This document shows, piece by piece, positions 23,537 through 36,135 of a DNA stretch of 64,000 nucleotides; positions within the stretch are counted from its first letter, which is position 1; the number at the start of each line of letters is the position of its first letter. A program made the position numbers and the translations under genes. Location: positions 12,214,001 to 12,278,000 of the forward strand of contig JBHGNT010000018.1 in assembly GCA_043228905.1 (NCBI GenBank). The letters run 5' to 3'. This DNA is from Azolla caroliniana. Lineage: Eukaryota; Plantae; Polypodiophyta. Below the pieces are notes generated by a model. The model saw only the letters and a program-made list of their open reading frames with translations, ran no database searches and was not told the DNA's origin.

Positions 23537-26138
23537 ATGGAAGAATCGTTCGACGACATGTTCAAGCTCACCGTCTCCAACTACGTAGTGTGGAAATTGA
23601 AGATCAAGGATATGTTGGTGGTTAAAGATCTTTGGTTGCCGGTTTAGTTCGGGGACAAGAGACCGCATAAGATCGACTCTACAGTGTGGGAGGTGATGCA
23701 CATGAAGATGACGGCATACATCCGGTGCTTCATCGACATGAGCCTGTACAACAATTTCAATGAAGAGAGCAAGGCTCATCAACTCGAGGAGAAGATTGAC
23801 ATCATGTTCCAGAACAAGAATGTTGTTGATCGGGTTTCGGTATTCCAGAGCTAGTGAGGCTCCGGTACCAGGACGACTCCAGTATGGCGGAGCACATGAA
23901 TGCCTTCCAGGGACTAATAACCAGGAAACCTCATTGGAAGTACCTCTCGCCAATGAGGTACTCGCATTACTCCTGCTCGATTCCCTCCCAGATAGTTGGG
24001 AGACGCTAATTGTTATGTTGGGCAACGCCGGGAAGGAAGGAAAATAATTGTCCCTAGCACGATCCAAGTCAAGCTTGCTAGATGAAGAGGCACGTCGGAA
24101 AGACAAAGAAGTGATCTCCGACTCTAAAGCCCTCCTTACCGAATTGGAAGCACAAAGAGAAGACAACGGGACCCGAGTCCCCATAACCGAGAAAAGTCAG
24201 GGACATAGTCAAAGTCAAGGTTGAGGCCTACTTGCTTTTGTTGCGGAAAGCCTGGGCACTTCCAGAAAAACTATTGGCACTTCCGGAAAGAGAAAGGAAC
24301 CGACAGTGCCGATTCGAAGAACAATTCGAACTAGAAAGAGTTGGATGGGAAGGGAATGTGAGCAATCGTGACAAGTGAAGAAAAACTGGTGCTCATTACC
24401 GAGTAGAATGAGTTGAGCCTTGTCGGCGACGAGACAACGTGGGTTGTCGATTCCGGAGCATCGTTCCATCTTACACCATATCAGAGATGCTTCTCATCCT
24501 ACAAAGCCAGAGATTATGGTTGTGTCTGGTTGGGGAATGAAGGTAGATGCCGAATTGTTGGCATAAGAGATGTGTTGTTGACGACATCAACTGGATGCAA
24601 ATTGCTACTGAAGGATGTCCGACACGTTCCAGAGGTTTAGTTGAACCTGATATCAGCCGGTTGGCTAGATGATGAAGGCTACATGGGTAGCATCCGGAAC
24701 GGAGTCATGAAATTCAGAAAAGAATGCTTGATCGTGGCTCGAGCCCAGAAGATCAACACGCTATATCTGATGCATGCCCGGATATGTCGGTAAGAAGTGA
24801 ACGTAGCATCCGACACTACTGGTGAGCTGTGGCACAAGAGACTATGTCATATGAGCCAGACGGGGATGAGAAGACTTGCTGAAGACACCTCATTTTGGAG
24901 GTGAAAGATGTGCATCTTGAGAAGTGCACCGATTGCTTGGCTAGTAAGCGAAAGCGAACCTCCTTTCGGTCAAGATCACCGATGAGACGGAATTGACCAC
25001 TAGAGTTGGTGCATACCACTGTGTGTCAAATCGACACGAAGTCACATGCCGGGTCACAGTACTCCGTGACGTTCATAGATGACCACAACCGAAAGCTGTG
25101 GGTCTAACCACTGAAGATGAAGGATCAAGTGTTATCCATCTTCAAGGAGCTCCACGCGAGAGTAGAAAGAGAAACCGGCCAGAAGCTGAAGGCGGTTCGA
25201 GCAGATAACGGAGGAGAATACTGGGGGTAGTTTGAAGAGTATTGTCAGTTGAAGGGAATCTGGCTCGAATTCACCGTGCCGAAGATGTTGGAGTTTAACG
25301 GGCTGGCCGAATGGATGAACCAGACCGTGATGGAGAAAGTCCGGAGCATGCTGGCACATGCAAAGTTACCCAAGATATTTTGGGTTGAGGCGCTGATGAC
25401 GGTGACCTATGTGATAAACAAATCACCCTCAGTACCCTTGGCAGGAGACTCACCATAGAAAGTATGGACTGGTAAAGATGTATCTTACCGGCATGTTTGG
25501 GTATTTGGGTGTCTCGCCTATGTACATGTTGCAAAGGACAAGAGAGCAAAGTTGGATCCGAAGTCCAGGTCATGCATATTCCTTGGATATGGCGATGATG
25601 AGTTCGGTTACCAGGTTTGGGATCTAGTTGACAAGAAGGTGTTCCGGAGTTGGGACATAGTCTTCATGGAAGACATAACCATTGCCGACTTGGAGTCGGA
25701 GAAGAAGATGATGAACTTTGGATCATCCAATGAAAGCCGGTTTGAGGACAAAAGGACCTACCCGGTTGAAAACCGGATGTTGGCCGACAACTGGGTGACA
25801 CTCGACGAATCGGCCGGATACGGACAAGAAACCGAACTGACCGAAGAGGAAGAAGAAGAAGATACTAGAACTGGACAAGATCCTAAATCAGATTCAGATG
25901 AGGAACAAACGGAGGAACCGGTAGTCAGAAACCAAGGACGAAGATATCCTCTCTGAGAGAGAAGTGCCCCTCGGAGATTTCCGGATGGAGAGCACATATT
26001 GTTGACCAATGAGGGGGAGCCGGAAAGCTTAGAAAAAGCAAAGAAAGACAACCACAACCGCAAGTGGTTCAGTGCCATGCAGGACGAGATGGATTCCCTG
26101 CATGATAGCCACACATATGAACTAGCCGAAAGGAAAGA
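23537..26138 (+). pseudogene. B gag-PR-IN-linker, heavily mutated
   Basis: Homologous to I and E; WVVDSGASFH, NGLAE, CIFLGYG. Confidence 0.9.
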
Positions 26139-26206
26139 TAGATAGATAGATTATCTTATCGTCTTTGGAGGTCAAATATGACCTATGAGACCAAAAATAC
26201 TACATT

Positions 26207-29200
26207 TCACGTGATAGGTGTGAAAGTGAGTAGTGACTCTCGATGTTCAAAAACTTTACCAATGAATGTTGCAATCGAGAGTGCACATTGTGGTTGTGAG
26301 AGGAATTCATGCAAAGATTGGGCTTGATCGAAGAGATGTGGAAAGCATGGTCGAATATGATCAAAGGCAGAGCATTGTATAAAAGTGTGATACTCAGACT
26401 CGTGAACTTGTTTAGGGCAAAGTGTGTATAGCTGACCACTCTCATCACTTGTACCCCAACGCTTTGTTTCACATTGCAATGCGTGTGAGCTAAGTCGCAT
26501 GGAAGCAATGGTTCGAATGGAAGATAATGGTATGGGCTCTAACATGTATTGATGTGTACGATTTCCTCGTTCCGCAAAGAATATGGTTTTGTAGTTAGGT
26601 GCAACATGTGTAGTATAATGTGTGAAGCGTGAGCCTCCACATTTGTCCCATGTCATGATACATTGGCGTTGCAAAAATGCCTCATTTACAAAGGAATCTA
26701 ATGATGCATCATGAAGCAAGTGTCTCGCATCCCATCTACCAAACCATTTTTCTATATCTTGCATCCAACCGGAGCTCAAAATTTTGCTTTTCTGCGTCTT
26801 TTGGATCTTTTTGCTTGCTTCCCACGCAATTCTAGGAAGTCGATGTGAGGGACTTTTTTGAACCTTAAGCATGTATTCAACAACCCTTTCCATGGCCATG
26901 ATCTCAATGGGAAGCGATCCCGTCTCAAGGAGGAGGAGGGTGTAGGGCGTTTGTTTCTTAACTTGTAGAAACTTGGTAAGAAAATGCTTTTGGACATTTT
27001 CAAACTCTTTCCACATAGATTTAGGGATGCTACCGCCCCATACTTCCACACCATAGAGAAGAACCGGTGGCACCAAAGTGTCGAAAAGATATTTCTTGAG
27101 GACCCAACACTTAATATCTCCAAGATTGCATGTGTTCTCAAATGCATAGTATGCTCGCTTGCCCGCCTCTAAGCGGCGTGTAGCACATTCATTCCATCTA
27201 TGATTTGAAGGAACTTCAAGGCCAAGATATTTGAAGCTTTCCACACATTCAAGTGGCTCATTGTTGTACATAATGCATGGTTTATCTCTTTTTTGGCTCT
27301 TCACAAGCATAATCTTTGTTTTAGAGCTATTGACACTTAATTTAGTATGCATGCAAAATTTTTCCAATGCCTTCATAAGCTTTTGTGCATCTCCTAAAGT
27401 ATTTGCAAAAAGCACTACATCATCTGCATATAGCAAAAGCATAATCACAATATTCCCAATGGCAACTTCTTCAACACATTCTTCCTTTGCAAACTTGGTA
27501 ACCATTTCTTCCAATTCATCAATGCATAGACCAAATAGTGTTGGTGAGAGTGGGCATCCTTGCTTAACACCAATAGTGCTTTTGAAAAAATCTGAAAGTT
27601 TATCTCTCATGCGCACACAACATATAAACTTCTCATAAATTCGGGAAATTGCAAGCATATATTCACTTGGCACCTCAAGTTCTTCCATTCGCCTCCAAAG
27701 ATGCTCACGAGGTACCATATCAAAAGCTTTCTTGAAGTCTACAAAGCAACAATATAAACCTTTACCTCTAAGGCGACTTTCCTCCATTAATACTCGAAGG
27801 GTGATAAGGTGATCAATGGTGCTATGGTGTTTCCGAAAGCTAGCTTGTCCATAAGCTCTCTTACCACTTTTTTCAGCCCATACACTTATCTTTGATTCCA
27901 TTATACATCCAAATAGTTTTGCCATTAATGAGCCAACCATGATGGTTCGATAGTTGTTTACATTATTTATATCTCTACCTTTATGTAAAGGTTTGATCCA
28001 ATTTGTAGTCCAATCGTACGACATACCATGTTGCAATGCATCATTAAACATATCACTTATCCATATATGTGCTTCCTTTCCCGTCCATTTGAGCATTTCA
28101 ACCTTTATACATTGAAGATCGCTTGCCTTTTGAGAGGCCAATTTCTTAAGTCCTATGCATATATCTTCAATTGTAAAGAAGGGAGGCATATGTGAAAGAG
28201 AACCATAACACATCATCTTTCCGGCAAGAGATAACTCATATAAATTCTTACAATGCATAGACCAGTCGTGAAGAGTTAAGTCACCATAACTCTCAACACG
28301 TTTTCCCTTTAGATTTCCCCAAAATTTAGCACATGCATGTGCTTTCTCTTGCGTTTGGATAAATTGTTGAGTAACTTCCCATATTCTTCTCTTTCTTTGA
28401 ATAAGCCTTTTATACTCATGCAAATGCTTTTGGTAATTCTCTTTATCCTTAACTACATCCAAAACCATAAGGCACTTTCGAACTTCATGACATTCTTTAT
28501 CAAACCATTTTTTCCTAAGTTTCTTGGTGCATTTCCAAGATGTGCGGTTTGTCGAAAAATATTTGTTTGTACATGAGAGAATGACTTTCTTGAAAGCTTC
28601 CCATTTGCATTCTAGTGTGGCACCATGTTGTATCTTTGTCATTTGTAACATATCCTCAACCATCTTGGAATACATGGGTGCTTGCTTAAGGTTCATGCTC
28701 AAGTGCGGTTGTTTATTATCTTCGATAGCCTTCTCACAATCAAACATATGCATACATTTGAGATCAATACATAAAGGCCTATGATTGGATTCCAGTGTCT
28801 ATTCACCAAGTAAGAATTTATGTATACGATCCAAAATACCTTCGGAAAGTAGCACATAGGTAATCACACTATTTCCGTTGTGTTTTCTACATGTAAAACC
28901 ATTAGTGTTGGGCCATAAGGAAATACCATTTGCAATAAGCAATCTGGTACTATTGCACATTTGTAGGAGTAACTTCCCAAATTGGTCCGGATCTTTTTCA
29001 TCGCTAGAAGAGCGGTTATACATTTGCATATCCTCTTGCATCCGTGAGATATGTGGCATGAAAGATTCTTGTGAATCAAGTTGGAAACTTCTTGTACGAG
29101 CATTCATGTCACCAAAGACAATAACTTCCCCTTTGGATTTGAAATAAGCAATATCATCTTCTAGATTGGCAAACGGTTGATCTTTATCCAAACAAGCATA

Positions 29201-29608
29201 AAAGTTAGAATCGTGATGAGGAATGTAACATCCAACTACAAAAGTGGGCAAATCATTAGGTGTTTCTATTTTGAGCCATATGTAGCATTTATGTTCATCA
29301 TTTTTTATGATTGACACATATTTCTCTATTTCCTTCTTAATCAAACATGCCACCCCTCCTTGTCCTCTTCTTTGTCTTGGATTTTTCTTCCATATCAAAG
29401 AGTGTACATTATAGTTTCCTAAACCTTGAATCCTTTGAGTATCATGCTCCCATGTTTCAACAAGAAGTGTGATATCCGAGTCATCGATGAATTCCTCTAT
29501 GCCAAATCCTGCATTCCATGGGTATCCATTGCAATTCCAAAAGCATAGGGATGTGGGTGTTTCAATACTCTCTTCTTTAATCCCACGGACGACAATGTTC
29601 TTTGATCG
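26207..29608 (-). pseudogene. LINE ORF2: AP endonuclease and reverse transcriptase; one TAG at 28799
   Basis: FWNCNG, LVETW, GGVA, GDMNA, SNHRP; FVDFKKAFD, GVKQGCPLSP, LYADD, FKYLG, RLSSH...HTFIQC. Confidence 0.95.
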
Positions 29609-30113
29609 TCATTCACGTTCTTTCAATTCTCGGACATCTATGCTTTCTATATTCTTCCCTTGATGCATGCATCACATGCATATTAGATGAGTTTGATAGC
29701 ACATCCCCACCACATACATCGGCCCATGACTTTGTTGTACATACATTTTTCATCTCACTTACATCCCGCCTCATCGTGTCCAATTTTTCTTCTTTTAACG
29801 CTTCCTTTAACTCAATCTTGTTAAGGCACTCATTTGTTTCAAAAGAAGCTCTTTTACATTCTTGAATCTCTTCTTGAAGTTTTGCAACCACTTGTTTAAG
29901 ACTTTCATTCTCAATGACAACACTTTGGAGCTTAGTATTCTCTTTCATTAACGTCCTAATCTCTTCACCTTGCTTGTTTATGGTTTCTTGAAGAGAAATC
30001 AAGTGACTCATAAGAATTTTGTCCATTGCATTAGAATCGAGATTTGTTGGTGATCTCGGCTCATTATCAATCATACCCCCGAACTTTGCGGCGGTTTTAC
30101 GAGTATTTGTCAT
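29609..30113 (-). pseudogene. LINE ORF1 N-terminal coiled coil (frameshifted)
   Basis: Heptad region and SWADV motif, then ELKERE*RSKNIVVRGIKEE in another frame. Confidence 0.7.
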
Positions 30114-30223
30114 TGTAGGGACAAACCTTACGGGAAAAGAGAGAAAGAGAGGGAAGGAAAGAGAATGTACCTTTCACTCGATTTAGGGCTTCAAACTTCT
30201 CGCCACGGTAACGGAATTCACCA

Positions 30224-30528
30224 GAACCGACCGAAGAGGAAGAAGAAGAAGACACCAGAACCGGACAAGATCCCGAATCAGATTCAGATGAGGAACAAAC
30301 GGAGGAACCGATAGTCCGAAACCAAGGATGAAAATATCCTCTCTGAGAGAGAAGTGCCCCTCGGAGATTTCCGGATGGAGAGCACGTATTGTTGACCAAT
30401 GAGGGGGAGCGAGAAAGCTTAGAAGAAGCAAAGAAAGACAACCACAACCGCAAGTGGTTCAGTGCCATGTAGGATGAGATGGATTCCTTGCATGATAGCC
30501 ACACGTATGAACTAGCCAAAAGGAAAGA
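30224..30528 (+). repeat. 305-bp duplicate of B 25834-26138
   Basis: Direct alignment by eye; same length; shares a B-specific short deletion. Confidence 0.92.
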
Positions 30529-30842
30529 AAGAAAGACAGATAGATTATCGTCTTCGGAGGTCAAATATGACCTATGAGACCAAAAATATTACATTTCACA
30601 TGATACGTGTGAAAGTGAGTAGTGACTCTCGATGTTCAAGAACTTTACCAATGAATGTTGCAATCGAGAGTGCACATTGTGGTTGTGAGAGGAATTCATG
30701 CAAAGATTGGGCTCGATCGAAGAGATGTGGAAAGCATGGTCGAATATGATCAAATGCAGAGCATTGTATCAAAGTGTGATACTCAGACTCGCGAACTTGT
30801 TTAGGGCAAAGTGTGCATAGCCGACCACTTTCATCACTTGTA
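30529..30842 (-). mobile_element. 5'-truncated copy (~314 bp) of the same LINE family
   Basis: Matches 26139-26453, including the tail and the GGTCAAATATGACC stem-loop. Confidence 0.92.
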
Positions 30843-31828
30843 GTCGGAGACGAAGATGATGAACTTTGGATCATCCAATGAAAGCCAGTTTGAGGACAAA
30901 AGGACCTACCTGGTTGAAAACCGGATGTTGGTCGACAACTGGGTGACACTCGACAAATCGGCCGGATACGGACAAGAAACTGAACCGACCGAAGAGGAAG
31001 AAGAAGAAGACACCAGAACCGGACAAGATCCCGAATCAGATTCGGATGAGGAACAAACGGAGGAACCGGTAGTCAGAAACCAAGGATGAAGATATCCTCT
31101 CTGAGAGAGAAGTGCCCCTCGGAGATTTCCGGATGGAGAGCACGTATTGTGTTGGGATTACGGTCCCTCCGGATGGGATGGTTGGATGTCCGGGAATCGG
31201 GAATGAAGACCCGGTTCCGGAGCCGGATGACGAAGACCCCGGCTACGGAGCCGGATGACGAAGACCCCGGCTACGGATCCGGATGATGAAGACCCCGGCT
31301 ACGGAGCCGGATGATGAATGTACCCGGAGAGAGATCCGGATGCGGGGACATATTTGTGAATATGTTTGCCAAGGGCCCTTGAGGCTATATTTGTAAATAG
31401 CCCGAAAGTCATATGTGTATAAATATGACTTAGGGCAAACAGTTTTGTTGTTGTTGCTCATTTTCTGTTTTCCACTAAGAGGGAGCGAAGTGAGAGCAGC
31501 CGAGAGAGAGAGTGAGCGAGAGAGAAAGGAAGAGGTCGACGCCTCTGTGTAATACCGCCGCCTGTGGCGAGGACAGCGAGCTCAAGGTCGTCGCCTTGCA
31601 GCTTGCCATTGTACATTCCCTGCGTATAGTGATAGTTGGAGTCTTGCACTCCCGTGGTTTTTCCCGTCTAGGGTTTTCCACGCTAAACCCTATGCATTCG
31701 AGTCTCTCTCTGTGTTATCGATTTACTGCTGCATTGATTCGTGTTTCCTCGGTTGTGGCCGGGAGGTGAAGGTATTGGAAAGCGCCAATTTCTAACAATC
31801 TGGTATCAGAGCGACTGCAGTGCAGAAA

Positions 31829-34800
31829 ATGGAAGGCGGCAGCAGCGGGCAGCCGGGGATGATAGTGCTGAATGCGCAGAACTACGCCGATTGGAAGATA
31901 AAGATGGAGGATCTGCTCATTGTTCGGGACCTGTATGAACCGATCGACAGGTCGGAAATACCCAAGGGGGTACTTGAGATGGAATGGAGGCTTCTGAACC
32001 GGAAAGCCGTTGCAACCATTCGGCAATACGTCGACGTGAGCGTTCTACAACATGTGGTGAACGACACCAACGCATATGAGATGTGGCAGAAGCTGTCGGG
32101 CCTCTACGAGAGGAAGAATGCGTTGAACCGGACCTCCCTGATGAGGAAGATAGTGAACATCAAGTACCGGGACGGCGAGAGTATGGTGGAACACGTAAGC
32201 ACGTTCATGGGATTCGTGAACCAGCTTGCGGCGATCAAGTTCCCGTTGGAGGATGCAATGCAAGCCATCATCCTGATGTGTACATTGCCGGCAAGCTGGG
32301 AGAACTTGGTGGTGACTCTCAGCACCTCCTGCACTAAAGATAACTTGTCCCTACAAACGGTAAAGACAAGCATTTTGAACGAAGAAGCGCGTCGGAGAGA
32401 TAAAGAACCGGCCTCCGATCCGAAGATGCTTCTTGCCGAATCGGATCGGGGAAGACAACGGAACCGGAGTCCACAAAGACGGGAGAAGTCGGGGACCCGG
32501 TCGCAGTGAAGAGGAAGGCCCACATGCTTCCACTGTGGGAAGCCGGGGCACTTCCGAAAGAATTGTCGGCATTACCGAAAAGACAACGGAGCCGACGACA
32601 CCGATTTGAAGAAGTCTTCGGAACGGAACGGTGCTTACCGGGGAGCCACGGACCGGAATGGTTCGGATCGGCGAGGGCAGGACCGGAAAGGAACGACGGC
32701 ACTCGCGGCAAGTGAAGAGGAGATCATGCTCATCACCGAAGAAGGTGAACTAAACATTGCCGGCGATGAGACTACCTAGGTGGTCGATTCCGGAGCGTCG
32801 TTCCACCTGACCCCGGAAAGAAGATACTTCTCATCCTACACAGCCGGTGAGCATGGCTGTGTTCGGATGGGAAATGAAGGTACGTGCCGGATTGCCGGCA
32901 TAGGAGACGTGTGGTTGACAACCTCGACCGGATGCAAAATGTTGCTGAAGGATGTCCGACACGTTCCGAAGGTTCGATTGAACCTGATTTTGGCCGGGAG
33001 GCTAGACGATGAAGGCTACACAGGTAGCATCCGGAACTGCGTAATGAAGTTCAGCAAGGGGAGCCTGATAGTGGCTCGGGCCCGGAAAGTCAACACACTG
33101 TACCTTATGAATGCCTGGTTGTGTCCGGAAGAGTTGAACGTGGCAGCCGACACTGCCGGTGAGCTGTGGCACAAGAGACTGTGCCACATGAGTGAGAAGG
33201 GGATGAAGAGGCTTGCAGAAGACAACCTTATTCCAGTGAAGCATGTGCACCTGGAGAAGTGCACCGATTGCCTGGCCGGTAAGCAGAACCGAACCTCCTT
33301 CCACTCAAGGCCACCGACGAGACGTAGCGCACCATTGGAGTTGGTGCACACTGACGTGTGTCAAGTAGAAACGAAGTCACATGGCGGAGCCCAGTACTTC
33401 GTGACATTCATTGATGACCACAGCCGGAAGCTGTGGACGGCACCGTTGAAGACAAAGGACCAAGTGTTGTGCGTCTTCAAAGAACTTCACGCGAGAGTGG
33501 AAAGGGAATCCGGCAAGAAGCTGAAAGCGATACGAGCGGATAACGGAGGGGAATACCGGGGGCAGTTCGAGGAGTACTGTCGCTCGAAGGGAATCCGGCT
33601 CGAGTTTACTGTGCCGAAGACGCCGGAATTGAACGGGCTGGCCGAGAGGATGAACCGGACCATAATGGAGAGGGTCCGGAGTATGCTGGCGCATGCGAAA
33701 TTACCCAAGGGGTTTTGGGCTGAGGCAATGTCGACGGCGACATACGTGATAAACAGATCACCCTCAGTACCTTTGGACGGAGACACGCCGCAGAGAGTGT
33801 GGACCGGTAGGGAAGTATCCTACCGGCATCTGAAGGTGTTCGGGTGTCTCGCATATGTGCATGTGGCAAAGGACCGGAGAGGAAAGCTAGATCCAAAGAC
33901 CCGGCCATGCATATTCCTCGGTTACGGCGATGACGAGTTCGGCTACCGAGTATGGGACCCGGTCGACAAGAAGATATTCCGGAGTCGTGATATCATCTTC
34001 ATGGAGGACAAGACACTCACCGACTGGGAGTCGGAGAAGAAGATGAAGAGCTCCAAGTCGACCGGTGAGGATCAACTCTACGAGGAGCAGTCCCGACCGG
34101 CAAGGGACCGGTTAGCACTCGAGGATCCGGCCGAAGACGGTGAAGAAACAGAACCGGCCGAGGAAGATGAAACTGATACCGGAACCGGCCCCGATCCCGA
34201 AATGGATTCGGATGAAGAGGAAACGGAGGAGCCGGTTACCGAAGCTCCGGAACGGAGATATCCTCTAAGAGAGAGAAGGGGCCCCTGGAGATTTCCGGAA
34301 CCAGAGCACGTGCTGCTAACCGACGAGGGGGAGCCGGAGAGTTTTGAAGAAGCAAAGCTTGACACCCATAGCCGCAGGTGGTTAAGTGCCATGCAGGAGG
34401 AGATGGATTCCCTGCATGAGAACCACACATATGAACTTGTGGAGTTGCCAAAAGGAAAGCGGGCACTTCGAAACAAGTGGGTGTTCAAGCTGAAACCGGG
34501 AGATGCCGGAAACCCCCCGATATACAAAGCCAGGATCGTGGTGAAGGGGTTCCAGCAGAAGAAGGGCGTCGACTTCGACAAGATATTTGCCCCGGTAGTG
34601 AAGATGACCTCCATCCGGACGGTGCTGAGCATAGCGGCAAGCATGGACCTCGAGGTAGAACAGATGGACGTGAAGACGGCATTCCTTCACGGTGACCTCG
34701 AAGAAGAGATCTACATGCAGCAACCGGAAGGATTCGAGAAGAAAGGGAAGGAGCACCTGGTATGCCGGTTGAAGAAGAGTCTTTACGGACTGAAGCAGGC

Positions 34801-35902
34801 TCCCCGGCAATGGTACCAGAAGTTCGACTCTTTCATGACCGACGAAGGGTACCACAAAACGCAGTCCAATCACTGCGTGTTTGTGAAGAAGTTCGAAGGA
34901 GGAGACTTTCTAATACTCCTCCTGTACGTGGACGACATGTTGATCGTCGGACGGGACCAGGTCAAGATACAGATGCTGAAGAAAGCGCTTCACCGAACCT
35001 TCTCAATGAAGGACCTGGGTCCGGCGAGGCAAATACTAGGGATGCACATCATCCGGGACCGGAAGAAGAAGCAGTTGTGGCTGTCATAGGAGAAGTACGT
35101 GACAAAGGTGCTTCACCGGTTCAACATGTCGGAAGCAAGACCGGTCGGGTCAACCCTCCCGGCAAACTGCAAGTTGTCCAGCAAGCAAAGCCCCAAGACA
35201 AAGGCTGAGAAGGAGGACATGATGAAAGTACCATACGCCTCTGCCGTCGGAAGCTTGATGTACGCAATGGTGTGTACAAGACCGGACATAGGATATGCAG
35301 TCGGAGTGGTGAGCCGGTACATGAGCAATCCCGGCAAAGAACACTGGAACGCGGCCAAGTGGATACTCCAATAACTGAAGGGCACGGCAAACGTGTGCCT
35401 CCGATTCGGCTCCGGTAAACCCGAACTCGACGGCTTTACTGATTCGGATATGTCGGCTGATGCAGATACCAGCCGGTCCACATCAGGGTATGTGATGACG
35501 TATGCAGGGGGAGCTGTTTCGTGGCAGTCGAGGCTGCAGAAGACGGTTGCGTTGTCAACTACGGAGGCGGAGTACATGGCGGCTGTTGAAGCCGGCAAGG
35601 AAATGATATGGATGAAGGACTTCATTAGAGAGCTCGGTATCCGGCAGGAGGAGTACCGACTCTACTGCGACAGTCAGAGTGCCATCCACCTTGCGAAGAA
35701 CGCGGCCTATCACTCCCGGACGAAGCACATCCAGCGAAGATATCACTGGATCCGGGAAAGGATAGAAGACCAGGAGTTCGTGCTGACGAAGATCCACACG
35801 GACGAGAACGGGTCAGATATGCTGACCAAAGTGCTCACACCCGACAAGCTGGAAGCGTGCCGGAAGAGGGTTGGACTGGAAAGACATCCCATGCCGAAGT
35901 GA
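31829..35902 (+). pseudogene. E polyprotein, single frame with stops at 32507, 32777, 35087 and 35372
   Basis: CFHCGKPGHFRKNC, VVDSGAS, LVHTDVC, YVDDML, FTDSDMSAD. Confidence 0.95.
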
Positions 35903-35981
35903 AGGGGGAGTTTGTTGGGATTACGGTCCCTCCGGATGGGATGGTCGGATGTCCGGGAATCGGGAATGAAGACTCGGTTCC

Positions 35982-36135
35982 GGAGCCGGATCATGAAGAC
36001 CCCGGCTACGGAGCCGGATGACGAAGACCCCGGCTACGGAGCCGGATGACGAAGACCCCGGCTACGGAGCCGGATGACGAAGACCCCGGCTACGGATCCG
36101 GATGATGAAGACCCCGGCTACGGAGCCGGATGATG
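35982..36135. repeat. 28-bp tandem repeat in the E LTR: 5 full units here, 3 in the 5' LTR (~31219-31316)
   Basis: GGAGCCGGATGACGAAGACCCCGGCTAC; LTR lengths 704 vs 648 bp. Confidence 0.92.

Larger units (their letters stand above)
26139..30223 (-). mobile_element. RTE-X-like LINE with 5' UTR, partial ORF1, ORF2 and (CTAT)n tail
   Basis: APE plus RT plus C-terminal Cys/His motif; tail reads (TAGA)n on the plus strand at 26139; flanked by a 305-bp direct repeat. Clade assignment is by eye. Confidence 0.9.
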
